The notes beneath the pieces are model-generated. The model was not told the origin of the DNA. It made no database searches and saw only the letters and a list, made by a program, of their open reading frames with translations. Positions 30,719 through 38,499 of a stretch of DNA of 38,499 bases are shown here, one piece after another. Numbering within the stretch: position 1 is the stretch's first letter; each line of letters starts with the position of its first letter. The DNA is taken from the UHGV virus genome UHGV-2201310. One strand, written 5' to 3'. The stretch is from a virus. The translations under genes were made by a program, and so were the position numbers.

Positions 30719-31173
30719 TGATTCAGTTCAAACCAACGCGAAACATCGACCTGATCGAAGCAGTAGGAAATCACCCTGACATCATCGCCGGGAGCAACAA
30801 CGGTGATGGATACGACTACAAACCTGATTGCCGTTACTTTGAGGTGAACGTGCACGGGCAGTTCGGCGGCATTGTTTACTATCAGGAGATTCAGCCGCTG
30901 ACATTCGATTGCCACGCCATGTACCTGCCAGAGGTTCGTGGCTTCAGCAAGGAAATCGGGCTGGCGTTCTGGCGATACATTCTGACTAACACCACCGTTC
31001 AGTGCGTCACATCGTTCGCCGCGCGCAAATTCCGCCACGGGCAGATTTACTGCGCAATGATTGGCCTTAAGCGTGTAGGAACCATCAAGAAATACTTCAA
31101 AGGCGTGGATGACGTGACGTTTTACAGCGCCACACGCGAAGAACTAATCGACTTCCTGAATCACGGGAGATAG
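30718..31173 (+). CDS. head/tail accessory protein (P22 gp14-like)
   Basis: 151 aa in conserved position. Confidence 0.6.
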   Translation: MIQFKPTRNIDLIEAVGNHPDIIAGSNNGDGYDYKPDCRYFEVNVHGQFGGIVYYQEIQPLTFDCHAMYLPEVRGFSKEIGLAFWRYILTNTTVQCVTSFAARKFRHGQIYCAMIGLKRVGTIKKYFKGVDDVTFYSATREELIDFLNHGR

Positions 31174-31175
31174 CC

Positions 31176-31871
31176 ATGTTATATGCATTTAAGCTGGGCA
31201 GAAAACTGCGCGGCGAGGAACCTTATTGCCCTGAAAAAGGCGGTAAAGGTGGCAGTTCTGATAAAAGTGCAAAGTATGCCGCAGAAGCTCAGAAGTATGC
31301 CGCAGACCTGCAAAATCAACAGTGGCAGACGATCATGAAAAACCTTGCTCCGTTCACGCCGCTTGCGGAGCAGTATGTTAACCAGCTTCAGAATCTTTCC
31401 AGTTTAGAAGGTCAGGAGCAGGCACTTAATCAGTATTACAACTCTCAGCAGTATAAAGACTTGGCAGGTCAGGCTCGCTACCAGAATCTTGCTGCTGCGG
31501 AGGCGACGGGGGGACTTGGTTCGACAGCCACAAGCAATCAACTGGCTACGATTGCTCCGACTCTCGGTCAGTCGTGGTTATCAAACCAGATGAGCAACTA
31601 CAACAATCTGGCAAACATTGGCCTTGGTGCGCTGCAAGGTCAGGCGAACGCCGGGCAGACATACGCCAACAACATGAGCAGCATTGCACAGCAAAGCGCA
31701 GCTCTTGCCGCTGCTAACGCCAATAAACCATCAGGCCTTCAGACAGCAATTAGCGGCGGAGCTTCAGGAGCTATGACTGGCGCTGCTCTTGGCTCTATTG
31801 TTCCCGGACTTGGCACTGGATTAGGTGCGGCAATTGGCGGCGGACTTGGCCTGCTTGGCTCGTTGTTTTAA
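31176..31871 (+). CDS. ejection protein (P22 gp7-like)
   Basis: 231 aa, Gln/Ala/Gly-rich, conserved position. Confidence 0.7.
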   Translation: MLYAFKLGRKLRGEEPYCPEKGGKGGSSDKSAKYAAEAQKYAADLQNQQWQTIMKNLAPFTPLAEQYVNQLQNLSSLEGQEQALNQYYNSQQYKDLAGQARYQNLAAAEATGGLGSTATSNQLATIAPTLGQSWLSNQMSNYNNLANIGLGALQGQANAGQTYANNMSSIAQQSAALAAANANKPSGLQTAISGGASGAMTGAALGSIVPGLGTGLGAAIGGGLGLLGSLF

Positions 31872-31880
31872 GGGGGAATC

Positions 31881-33257
31881 ATGGCTACTTGGCAAGGATC
31901 AAATGGCGGATTGTTGGCCGGTATCGGTGGTGTGAACTCAAACGCTCCGAGCGTAAATGACATCGGCAATACGCTTCAGCTTATCAGGCAGAACAATGAT
32001 ATTGAGCGTTCAGGAGCCAATAATATTGGGTTGACTGCTTTGCAAGGTATTTCAGGTATTGCGGGTGTTTTTCAGCAGGAAAAGCAGGCTCAGCGGCAGA
32101 AAGAATTTCAGCAGGCATACGCTAATGCTTATGCGTCTGGTGATCGCGGTGCTTTGCGTCAGTTGGCTACTCAATATCCAGACCAGATTGAATCTGTTCG
32201 TAAAGGCATGGGATTCATTGATGAAGACCAGCGCAATTCTATCGGCACATTAGCGGCTGGCGCACGCCTTGCATCATCGTCTCCAGAAGCAATGCAATCA
32301 TGGCTGCAAAACAACGCCAAGGAACTGGCGCGCGTCGGTGTTGATCCTAACAACGTTGCTCAGATGTATCAGCAGAATCCTTCAGGATTTGGTGAGTTTG
32401 TTGATCACCTTGGGATGGCTGCTCTTGGTCCGATTGATTACTTCAATGTTCAGGACAAGATGGCTGGTCGTGAGATTGACCGAGGCAGGCTGGCAGAGAC
32501 AATCCGCAGCAATCAGGCTGGCGAGGCACTTCAGGCGAGAGGGCAAAACCTTTCCTATCAGTCAGCAATGACTGGACACGGACTTGCAGCAGAAAGACTG
32601 GCACTTGATAAGCAGAAATTCGGTTTTGAAGTACAACAGGCACAAAAGAAGGCCGATGAACTTATTAATGCTGCGCCAAAACTATCCGTGAACATGGAAA
32701 AGGCTATAGAAAAATCAGCAGGTGATGCGGCAGCTAGTCGTAATGCTGCCGATTCAATGACAACGCTTGCTGACACGCTGGAGAAGGAGAAGCCAACTCC
32801 TGGTTTGTTCGGTAACGCTGAAAATATGTTCACTAAGCTTACGGGGCAAGATAACTACCTCCGAGATATGCGGATTAGATTCAACCAACTAGCCAATGCG
32901 CAGGCAACCAAGCTTCTCCCTCCCGGCCCTGCATCAGATAAGGATATTGAGTTTGCAAGGAAAGGCATTCCAAGCGAAACGGATAATCCAATGGTCATGG
33001 CTCGATGGTTAAGGGGTATGGCAAAAATGGAAAGTAATAACGCGAAGTTCAACGAGTTTAGGTCAGAGTGGATGAGTGCAAACGGCAGCCCAGGACAATC
33101 TGATCGCAACCGAAACATCATGGGGATGGATGTTAAGAAGGGTGAATCATTGAACTCTGCGGCAAAACGTTTTCTTTCCTCAAGTTATGGCGATAGCCAA
33201 CCTCAACAGCAATTGTCCGATGACGAATTAATTAGCAAATATCTCGGAGGGCAGTAA
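31881..33257 (+). CDS. ejection protein (P22 gp20-like)
   Basis: 458 aa, conserved position and size. Confidence 0.7.
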   Translation: MATWQGSNGGLLAGIGGVNSNAPSVNDIGNTLQLIRQNNDIERSGANNIGLTALQGISGIAGVFQQEKQAQRQKEFQQAYANAYASGDRGALRQLATQYPDQIESVRKGMGFIDEDQRNSIGTLAAGARLASSSPEAMQSWLQNNAKELARVGVDPNNVAQMYQQNPSGFGEFVDHLGMAALGPIDYFNVQDKMAGREIDRGRLAETIRSNQAGEALQARGQNLSYQSAMTGHGLAAERLALDKQKFGFEVQQAQKKADELINAAPKLSVNMEKAIEKSAGDAAASRNAADSMTTLADTLEKEKPTPGLFGNAENMFTKLTGQDNYLRDMRIRFNQLANAQATKLLPPGPASDKDIEFARKGIPSETDNPMVMARWLRGMAKMESNNAKFNEFRSEWMSANGSPGQSDRNRNIMGMDVKKGESLNSAAKRFLSSSYGDSQPQQQLSDDELISKYLGGQ

Positions 33258-35371
33258 TGGCCTATAGTCGTGAACAGTTGATGACGGCGTTAAGGAATGC
33301 TGATGCTGCCGGCGATACTGAGGGAGCACGTCGCATTGCTCAGATGCTGTCTTCTGGTGATCAATCCACTCAAAACCAATCGCAGCCAGAAGAACAATCT
33401 CTGGTAGGAAAAGCCACTGACTGGCTCACTGGTGGTCAAAGCGCAGGGCAAATTGCAGAACAGGCTGGCCGTGGTCTGGTAAACATACCATTTGACGTGT
33501 TACAGGGTGGTGCAAGCCTGATTAATGCAATCAGTCAGGGGCTTGGTGGTCCCAAGGTTTTGGATGATGTCTATCGTCCAGTCGATCGACCGACAGACCC
33601 TTACGCGCAAGTCGGTGAAACAATTGGTGGGTATCTCCTGCCAATTGGCACAGCGGCAAAAGCTGCTGGAGCGCCAGCAAAGCTCGCTGGAGATATCGGT
33701 TCCGCAGGAAACATGATTGCAGGTTCTCTTGCTGATGCTGCAAATCAGGAGGGAGACTTTGCACAAAATGCTGCCATTAACGGTGGTATCAATATTGGTG
33801 CTCAAGGCGTTCTTTCAGGTGTCGGGCGCGTTATTGCGCCAAGGGTTTCACAGGCTCTTGGTGGTGCAGCACTGAATTCTGCTAATGATGTTTCCAGGAT
33901 GGCAAAGTCAGGTGCTGGGCGTCAGTCAATTGCCAGTCAGGCCGCTAATGTGTCCGAAGATGTAGCAAAAGCGGCTGAGTCTGCTGGAATTGATATAAAC
34001 GCATTAACACCAGGAATGCGATCTGGAAGTCGTGGAATTGCACAAGCCGAAGGCGCATTGGCATCAACACCAGGAATTGTTCAGGACGCCCATCAGGCAG
34101 CATTTGACGAAATATCATCAAAGTTAAGTCGAAACCTTGATGAATTTGGGGCCGCATCTGGAACGGCATCAGAAAAAAGTGCGGCTATAAAACAAAGGAT
34201 TCTTCAAAATCTTGATCAGATGAAGGATGCCGAGCGCGCGGCATGGGATGACGTGCGGTCAACGATGCCAAATCAAAAAGCAAGAATGCTAAATGGTAAT
34301 GCCGTTATTCAGGCAGAGCGATCTGCTGGCATACCGCTTACTCCTGAAATGAAACAGTTTGTTCAGGCAAACAATCAAGGTGGAGTAACATTTGATGGCA
34401 TGAAAGCATGGAGAGCGAAATTTGCTGATGCGGAGCAAAAATATAAGCGTAGCGGAGAGGCAAATGCGGCAAGGAGAGCAGGGGAAATACGCCGGGCAAT
34501 TACTGATGATATGCGCACAATGGCGGAAAACGGCGGATTTCTTGATGACTGGCAGAAAGCTAATGATCTGTCTAAAGCGAGGTTATCAGCACAAGAGAGT
34601 GCAGAGTCTGTTTTCGGGCGTGATTTGGCAACAGATACACTGATTACGAATGGAGTAAAATCCCTTCAATCATCGTCAGCTAAAGGTCTTAATGGTCCTG
34701 CTGGGTTCCATTCTATGATCCGCGCGCTGCCAGAATCAGAGCGTGTTCCTGCTATATCATCAATGTTGCAAGATGCTATCTCGCATGGTGTACGTGGTGG
34801 CAAAGCTGATGCAGCAGGAATTAACCATATCGCAGAGATACTCACTCCACAAAATGTAAAAGCCATTAGCCGATATTCCTCAGAGCTTGGAAGAATTGCA
34901 GATGCATATGGCACTCTTGCAAGAGCAGCAGTGAAACCTCAGCAGTATATTGAAAGAACAGGGCGAACTGCCAATGTACTACGCGATCTGGATGCTGGTT
35001 TATCCAACGTTACATCAACAGTGTTAAATGCAATTGCCAATTCAACATCAGGTGCCATTGTTGGTGGAGCAGGAGGAGGGGGCGTTGCTGGCGCTGCCGC
35101 TGGCGCTTTAGTTGGCGCAGGGTTAAAAGGCGCTGTATCTAAAATTGCCACCACACGTAGTGGTCGGTATGCGATAGAGAAAGCCGTTCAGGAAGCCACT
35201 AAAGCAGTAAGAACCGGCGGAAGCAAAGAAGCATTAGCTGCGGCGGAACGCAGATTTATGGCAAATAAGGCCGCTGTAAAAGCGATACGTGATACAGTCG
35301 GAAACGAAGAGTTTCAGCGATTAGCGAGGGCTGGGATTGTGGCATCGCTAAGCGGAATGGCACAGGAGTAA
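33257..35371 (+). CDS. ejection protein (P22 gp16-like)
   Basis: 704 aa, Ala/Gly-rich with C-terminal glycine-rich hydrophobic segment; conserved position. Confidence 0.7.
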   Translation: MAYSREQLMTALRNADAAGDTEGARRIAQMLSSGDQSTQNQSQPEEQSLVGKATDWLTGGQSAGQIAEQAGRGLVNIPFDVLQGGASLINAISQGLGGPKVLDDVYRPVDRPTDPYAQVGETIGGYLLPIGTAAKAAGAPAKLAGDIGSAGNMIAGSLADAANQEGDFAQNAAINGGINIGAQGVLSGVGRVIAPRVSQALGGAALNSANDVSRMAKSGAGRQSIASQAANVSEDVAKAAESAGIDINALTPGMRSGSRGIAQAEGALASTPGIVQDAHQAAFDEISSKLSRNLDEFGAASGTASEKSAAIKQRILQNLDQMKDAERAAWDDVRSTMPNQKARMLNGNAVIQAERSAGIPLTPEMKQFVQANNQGGVTFDGMKAWRAKFADAEQKYKRSGEANAARRAGEIRRAITDDMRTMAENGGFLDDWQKANDLSKARLSAQESAESVFGRDLATDTLITNGVKSLQSSSAKGLNGPAGFHSMIRALPESERVPAISSMLQDAISHGVRGGKADAAGINHIAEILTPQNVKAISRYSSELGRIADAYGTLARAAVKPQQYIERTGRTANVLRDLDAGLSNVTSTVLNAIANSTSGAIVGGAGGGGVAGAAAGALVGAGLKGAVSKIATTRSGRYAIEKAVQEATKAVRTGGSKEALAAAERRFMANKAAVKAIRDTVGNEEFQRLARAGIVASLSGMAQE

Positions 35372-35466
35372 TTAGTCGTCCACGGATGGATTGAGCTTAT
35401 CTCGTGCTTCACATTTGGTTGTTTTGTCATTAGGATGTTTCCGGTTTTTTAAATATGGAAATTGAT

Positions 35467-35757
35467 ATGAAGAGGATCATTGCGGTTGCTTGTTTTAATG
35501 TCTTTCTTTTATCTGGTTGTGCAACATCTTCTAAAACATACGCCCCTGATGGTAGAGAAGCATACACTATTGATTGCTCAGGTCTGGGGGGATCATGGGG
35601 GATGTGCCTAACTAAGGCTGGCGATTTGTGTGGAAGCAAAGGATATGATGTACTGACATCAGCTGGAGATAAAGGATTTATAGCATCAGCAAACCCCGAA
35701 ATGGCGTTTGCAGGCAATACCATCTCAAGGAATTTACTCATCGCTTGTAAAAAGTGA
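35467..35757 (+). CDS. small Cys-rich lipoprotein (cargo)
   Basis: Signal peptide MKRIIAVACFNVFLLSGC with lipobox; mature ~80 aa with 4 further Cys; alternative start 35455. Confidence 0.6.
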   Translation: MKRIIAVACFNVFLLSGCATSSKTYAPDGREAYTIDCSGLGGSWGMCLTKAGDLCGSKGYDVLTSAGDKGFIASANPEMAFAGNTISRNLLIACKK

Positions 35758-35774
35758 ACTAGCGCCATGGATGG

Positions 35775-36152
35775 CTATCTTATTGATTTACCATAATTAT
35801 ACATCTCAACATGAGCGCTGGCATACGCTCTCGCTGAATGATCATCAATTAAAGCTTTCTTTGCAGCTTTATAGTTATATTCCCATAATAAATTTGTATC
35901 ATATGACTGATTTTCAATTCCTTTTTCACAAGTAAATATCAATCCGTTTATTGTTGATATTTCAACCGGGCTAATTTTCCCATCGGTGCCACTGCGCAAT
36001 CCAGAGAGGATAAGGTCTCTATCACCTGTAAGTAACTTGCGATAATAAACATCAGCTGCCTTTGCAGAGCATTCTGCACTAGATGCAAAAGATGCATTAG
36101 ATATTATCAAAAGCATACCAATAAGAATTAACTTTAGGGCGCTAACCTTCAT
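35775..36152 (-). CDS. secreted/periplasmic hypothetical protein (cargo)
   Basis: Cleavable signal peptide MKVSALKLILIGMLLIISNASFA; downstream of mnt on same strand; alternative start 36164. Confidence 0.55.
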   Translation of the reverse strand: MKVSALKLILIGMLLIISNASFASSAECSAKAADVYYRKLLTGDRDLILSGLRSGTDGKISPVEISTINGLIFTCEKGIENQSYDTNLLWEYNYKAAKKALIDDHSARAYASAHVEMYNYGKSIR

Positions 36153-36399
36153 TGTTCTTGCCATAAATTCTTTTCAGTGTATCGAATACCATTTTTTTTA
36201 CAATTTCAGACTGCTCATCAGCAATTTTCTCAGCTTCGTTGCGATAACCAACTACAGGAGATGGTTTTGATAGAGCATCTTGGACGATTTGCAACAGCTC
36301 GGAGTTCATGGATCTCCCATTCGCCTCTGCTCTGAATTTCAATTTTTCTCTCACTTCCAAAGGCATGCGGAAGTTAAAGTGCGGATCATCTCTAGCCAT
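36142..36399 (-). CDS. mnt: Mnt repressor (ribbon-helix-helix)
   Basis: MARDDPHFNFRMPLEVREKLKFRAEANGRSMNSELLQIV... matches P22 Mnt. Confidence 0.85.
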   Translation of the reverse strand: MARDDPHFNFRMPLEVREKLKFRAEANGRSMNSELLQIVQDALSKPSPVVGYRNEAEKIADEQSEIVKKMVFDTLKRIYGKNNEG

Positions 36400-36421
36400 G
36401 CCATTACTCCAAGTCAGTGTA

Positions 36422-36474
36422 TTGACATGATAGAAGCAGTCTACTATATTCTCAATAGGTCCACCGTGGACCTA
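36422..36474. promoter_or_regulatory. Pant promoter with Arc operator and Mnt operator
   Basis: TTGACA-17-TATATT; Arc operator ATGATAGAAGCAGTCTACTAT in spacer; perfect palindrome TAGGTCCACCGTGGACCTA (Mnt operator). Confidence 0.7.
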
Positions 36475-36489
36475 TATTGTGAGGTGAAT

Positions 36490-36651
36490 ATGAAAGGAAT
36501 GAGCAAGATGCCGCAGTTCAATTTGCGGTGGCCTAAAGAAGTATTGGATTTGGTACGCAAGGTGGCGGAAGAGAATGGTCGGTCTGTTAACTCTGAGATT
36601 TATCAGAGAGTAATGGAAAGCTTTAAGAAGGAAGGGCGCATTGGCGCGTAA
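36490..36651 (+). CDS. arc: Arc repressor
   Basis: MKGMSKMPQFNLRWPKEVLDLVRKVAEENGRSVNSEIYQRVMESFKKEGRIGA, P22 Arc. Confidence 0.9.
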   Translation: MKGMSKMPQFNLRWPKEVLDLVRKVAEENGRSVNSEIYQRVMESFKKEGRIGA

Positions 36652-36719
36652 AGTTGAAGCCCCAACTGCTGTAACAGTCAGGGCTTCGGTATCAACAAAA
36701 CTTACGAGGTATTATTGAT

Positions 36720-37610
36720 ATGTCAAGCTTAGCAAAGTCAACTGTAAATTGCACTAATAGCATCATCATTTCTGACGTCAAGATTCATATGGATTCAGAG
36801 GGGCGTTACTCGCTTAATGACCTTCATGTAGCGTCTGGGAAGGAGGAAAAACATCAGCCAGCTTTCTTCATGCGTAGAAATGAAACTATTGAATTGATTA
36901 ATGAAATTTTTAATTCTGCGGATATGCAGAATAAGAATCCCGTCCTTTCTAAGAAAGGTCGATATGGTGGAACCTACGTGTGCAAGGAGCTTGTTTACTC
37001 CTACGCCATGTGGATTAGCGCAGCCTTTGCGCTGAAGGTTATCCGTGCATATGACGCAATGGTTACTGCCACACAAGAGAGGAAGGCTATTGGAGGTAAA
37101 ACTTCAGTAGCTGAACGCACACCGCTACGAGATGCAGTAAACATGCTGGTAGGAAAGAAAGGACTTCGCTATGACGATGCATACAATATGGTTCATCAGC
37201 GTTTTGGTATTGACAGCATTGATGAACTTTCAATTGAACAAATTCCGCTGGCCGTAGAGTACATCCACAGGGTAGTGCTTGAAGGTGAATTCATCGGCAA
37301 ACAAGAGAAGAAAACCAGCGAGCTTTCTGCAAAAGAAGCAAACAGCCTTGTATGGTTATGGGATTATGCCAACCGCTCACAGGCATTATTCCGCGAACTG
37401 TATCCGGCATTAAAACAAATTCAATCGAACTATTCCGGCAGATGCTACGACTACGGTCATGAGTTCTCGTATGTTATCGGAATGGCGAGGGACGTTTTAA
37501 TCAATCACACACGAGATGTTGATATCAATGAGCCAGAAGGACCAACGAATCTTTCCGCATGGATGAGACTTAAGAATAAAGAATTACCTCCTTCAGTACA
37601 TAACTACTGA
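36720..37610 (+). CDS. ant: antirepressor Ant (KilA-N domain)
   Basis: 296 aa; N-terminal KilA-N-like region; downstream of arc as in P22 immI. Confidence 0.8.
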   Translation: MSSLAKSTVNCTNSIIISDVKIHMDSEGRYSLNDLHVASGKEEKHQPAFFMRRNETIELINEIFNSADMQNKNPVLSKKGRYGGTYVCKELVYSYAMWISAAFALKVIRAYDAMVTATQERKAIGGKTSVAERTPLRDAVNMLVGKKGLRYDDAYNMVHQRFGIDSIDELSIEQIPLAVEYIHRVVLEGEFIGKQEKKTSELSAKEANSLVWLWDYANRSQALFRELYPALKQIQSNYSGRCYDYGHEFSYVIGMARDVLINHTRDVDINEPEGPTNLSAWMRLKNKELPPSVHNY

Positions 37611-37627
37611 CAGATAACCAACGCAAC

Positions 37628-37651
37628 GACCCAGCTTCGGCTGGGTTTTTT
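37628..37651 (+). terminator. rho-independent terminator after ant
   Basis: Hairpin ACCCAGC-TTCG-GCTGGGT followed by TTTTTTT. Confidence 0.6.
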
Positions 37652-37710
37652 TATGCCCAAAATTCACCGTAGCCATGCTGCGGCGATTCCTTGTATCTGG
37701 AGCAAATTAA

Positions 37711-38499
37711 ATGACAGACATTACAGCCAATGTTGTGGTAAGCATGCCTTCGCAACTCTTCACTATGGCGCGTTCTTTTAAAGCCGTAGCTAATGGCAAA
37801 ATTTATATCGGTAAAATTGACACTGACCCTGTAAATCCTGAAAACCAGATTCAAGTTTATGTAGAGAACGAAGATGGTTCTCACGTTCCTGTTTCGCAAC
37901 CAATCATCATTAACGCTGCTGGATATCCGGTATATAACGGGCAGATTGCCAAATTCGTAACTGTGCAAGGCCATTCTATGGCTGTATATGATGCATATGG
38001 CACTCAGCAGTTTTATTTTCCAAATGTATTAAAATACGATCCTGATCAACTTAGGACAGAGATTTTTTCTGACCGTATGCTGTTAATTACGCCACAGCAT
38101 TATGGGGCGAAAGGTGACGGTGTTAACGATGATACGGCGGCATTTATTGCAGCGGCAAATGCTATTGGAGAGGGTGGAAAACTATATGTGCCAACTGGAA
38201 CATATAGTTTGACTGGCCCCGTTAATATACCACCAGTAAATATGTGCGGTGATGGGCAGGGTGAAACGGTTATTGTGTTTGACAATACCACATCACCAAA
38301 AGACGGCTTTGTTTTCGCCGCACCAACTAAATATGATATTGAATTTGGTTTAAGTCACCTTACAGTTAAAACAAAAGGTGGGAATGGAGATAATGCCATA
38401 TATACCCCAAGAGGTGTCGGGCTTAATCATCTAAGGCCAAAACCAACATTTAGATTTTTATCTTTCTGTTCTGAGACTGCAAATATTGATTCTGATGAA
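37711..38499 (+). CDS. tailspike protein, 5'-partial (P22-type head-binding domain + beta-helix depolymerase domain)
   Basis: [40 protein letters not shown]... is the conserved P22-family tailspike N-terminus; after ~110 aa switches to [15 protein letters not shown] pectate-lyase-like motif; ORF open to window end. Confidence 0.85.
   Translation, partial: MTDITANVVVSMPSQLFTMARSFKAVANGKIYIGKIDTDPVNPENQIQVYVENEDGSHVPVSQPIIINAAGYPVYNGQIAKFVTVQGHSMAVYDAYGTQQFYFPNVLKYDPDQLRTEIFSDRMLLITPQHYGAKGDGVNDDTAAFIAAANAIGEGGKLYVPTGTYSLTGPVNIPPVNMCGDGQGETVIVFDNTTSPKDGFVFAAPTKYDIEFGLSHLTVKTKGGNGDNAIYTPRGVGLNHLRPKPTFRFLSFCSETANIDSDE

Larger units (their letters stand above)
1445..38499. mobile_element. lambdoid/P22-like mosaic prophage integrated at thrW (right end beyond window)
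   Basis: Continuous phage gene order int-xis-early left-immunity-replication-nin-Q-lysis-packaging-head-ejection-immI-tailspike. Confidence 0.9.

Noticed and set aside
1-38499. CRISPR arrays, rRNA, additional tRNAs, IS elements
   Set aside because: No regularly spaced direct repeats, no rRNA-like segments, no additional cloverleaf candidates and no transposase-like ORFs were seen.

Overview
The window opens with a complete proA gene and tRNA-Thr (thrW, anticodon CGT), followed by a mosaic lambdoid prophage integrated at thrW that fills the rest of the window; its right end is not reached. The prophage has a P22-type integrase/excisionase, an accessory early-left block (ASCH, DUF551, Ea22-like, small methyltransferase, SSB, HNH endonuclease, annealing recombinase, Kil, CIII), and a lambda-type N/nutL - cI - cro - nutR - cII immunity region whose cI carries a non-lambda DNA-binding domain. 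Replication is by an O-like initiator with internal iterons plus a primase-helicase fusion; a lambda-like nin region, Q, pR', and the S/R/Rz/Rz1 lysis cassette follow. The late region is P22-like throughout (terminase, portal, scaffold, coat, gp4/10/26/14, ejection proteins gp7/20/16, mnt-arc-ant immI, and a 5'-partial tailspike). Identifications rest on reading the translations against remembered family sequences; no searches were run. No single obviously complete novel multi-gene system was found. The best candidates for uncharacterised biology are a two-gene lipoprotein/secreted-protein cargo at the sieA position, a post-lysis moron gene, a block of tiny early-left genes, and an SSB with a masked C-terminal tip.
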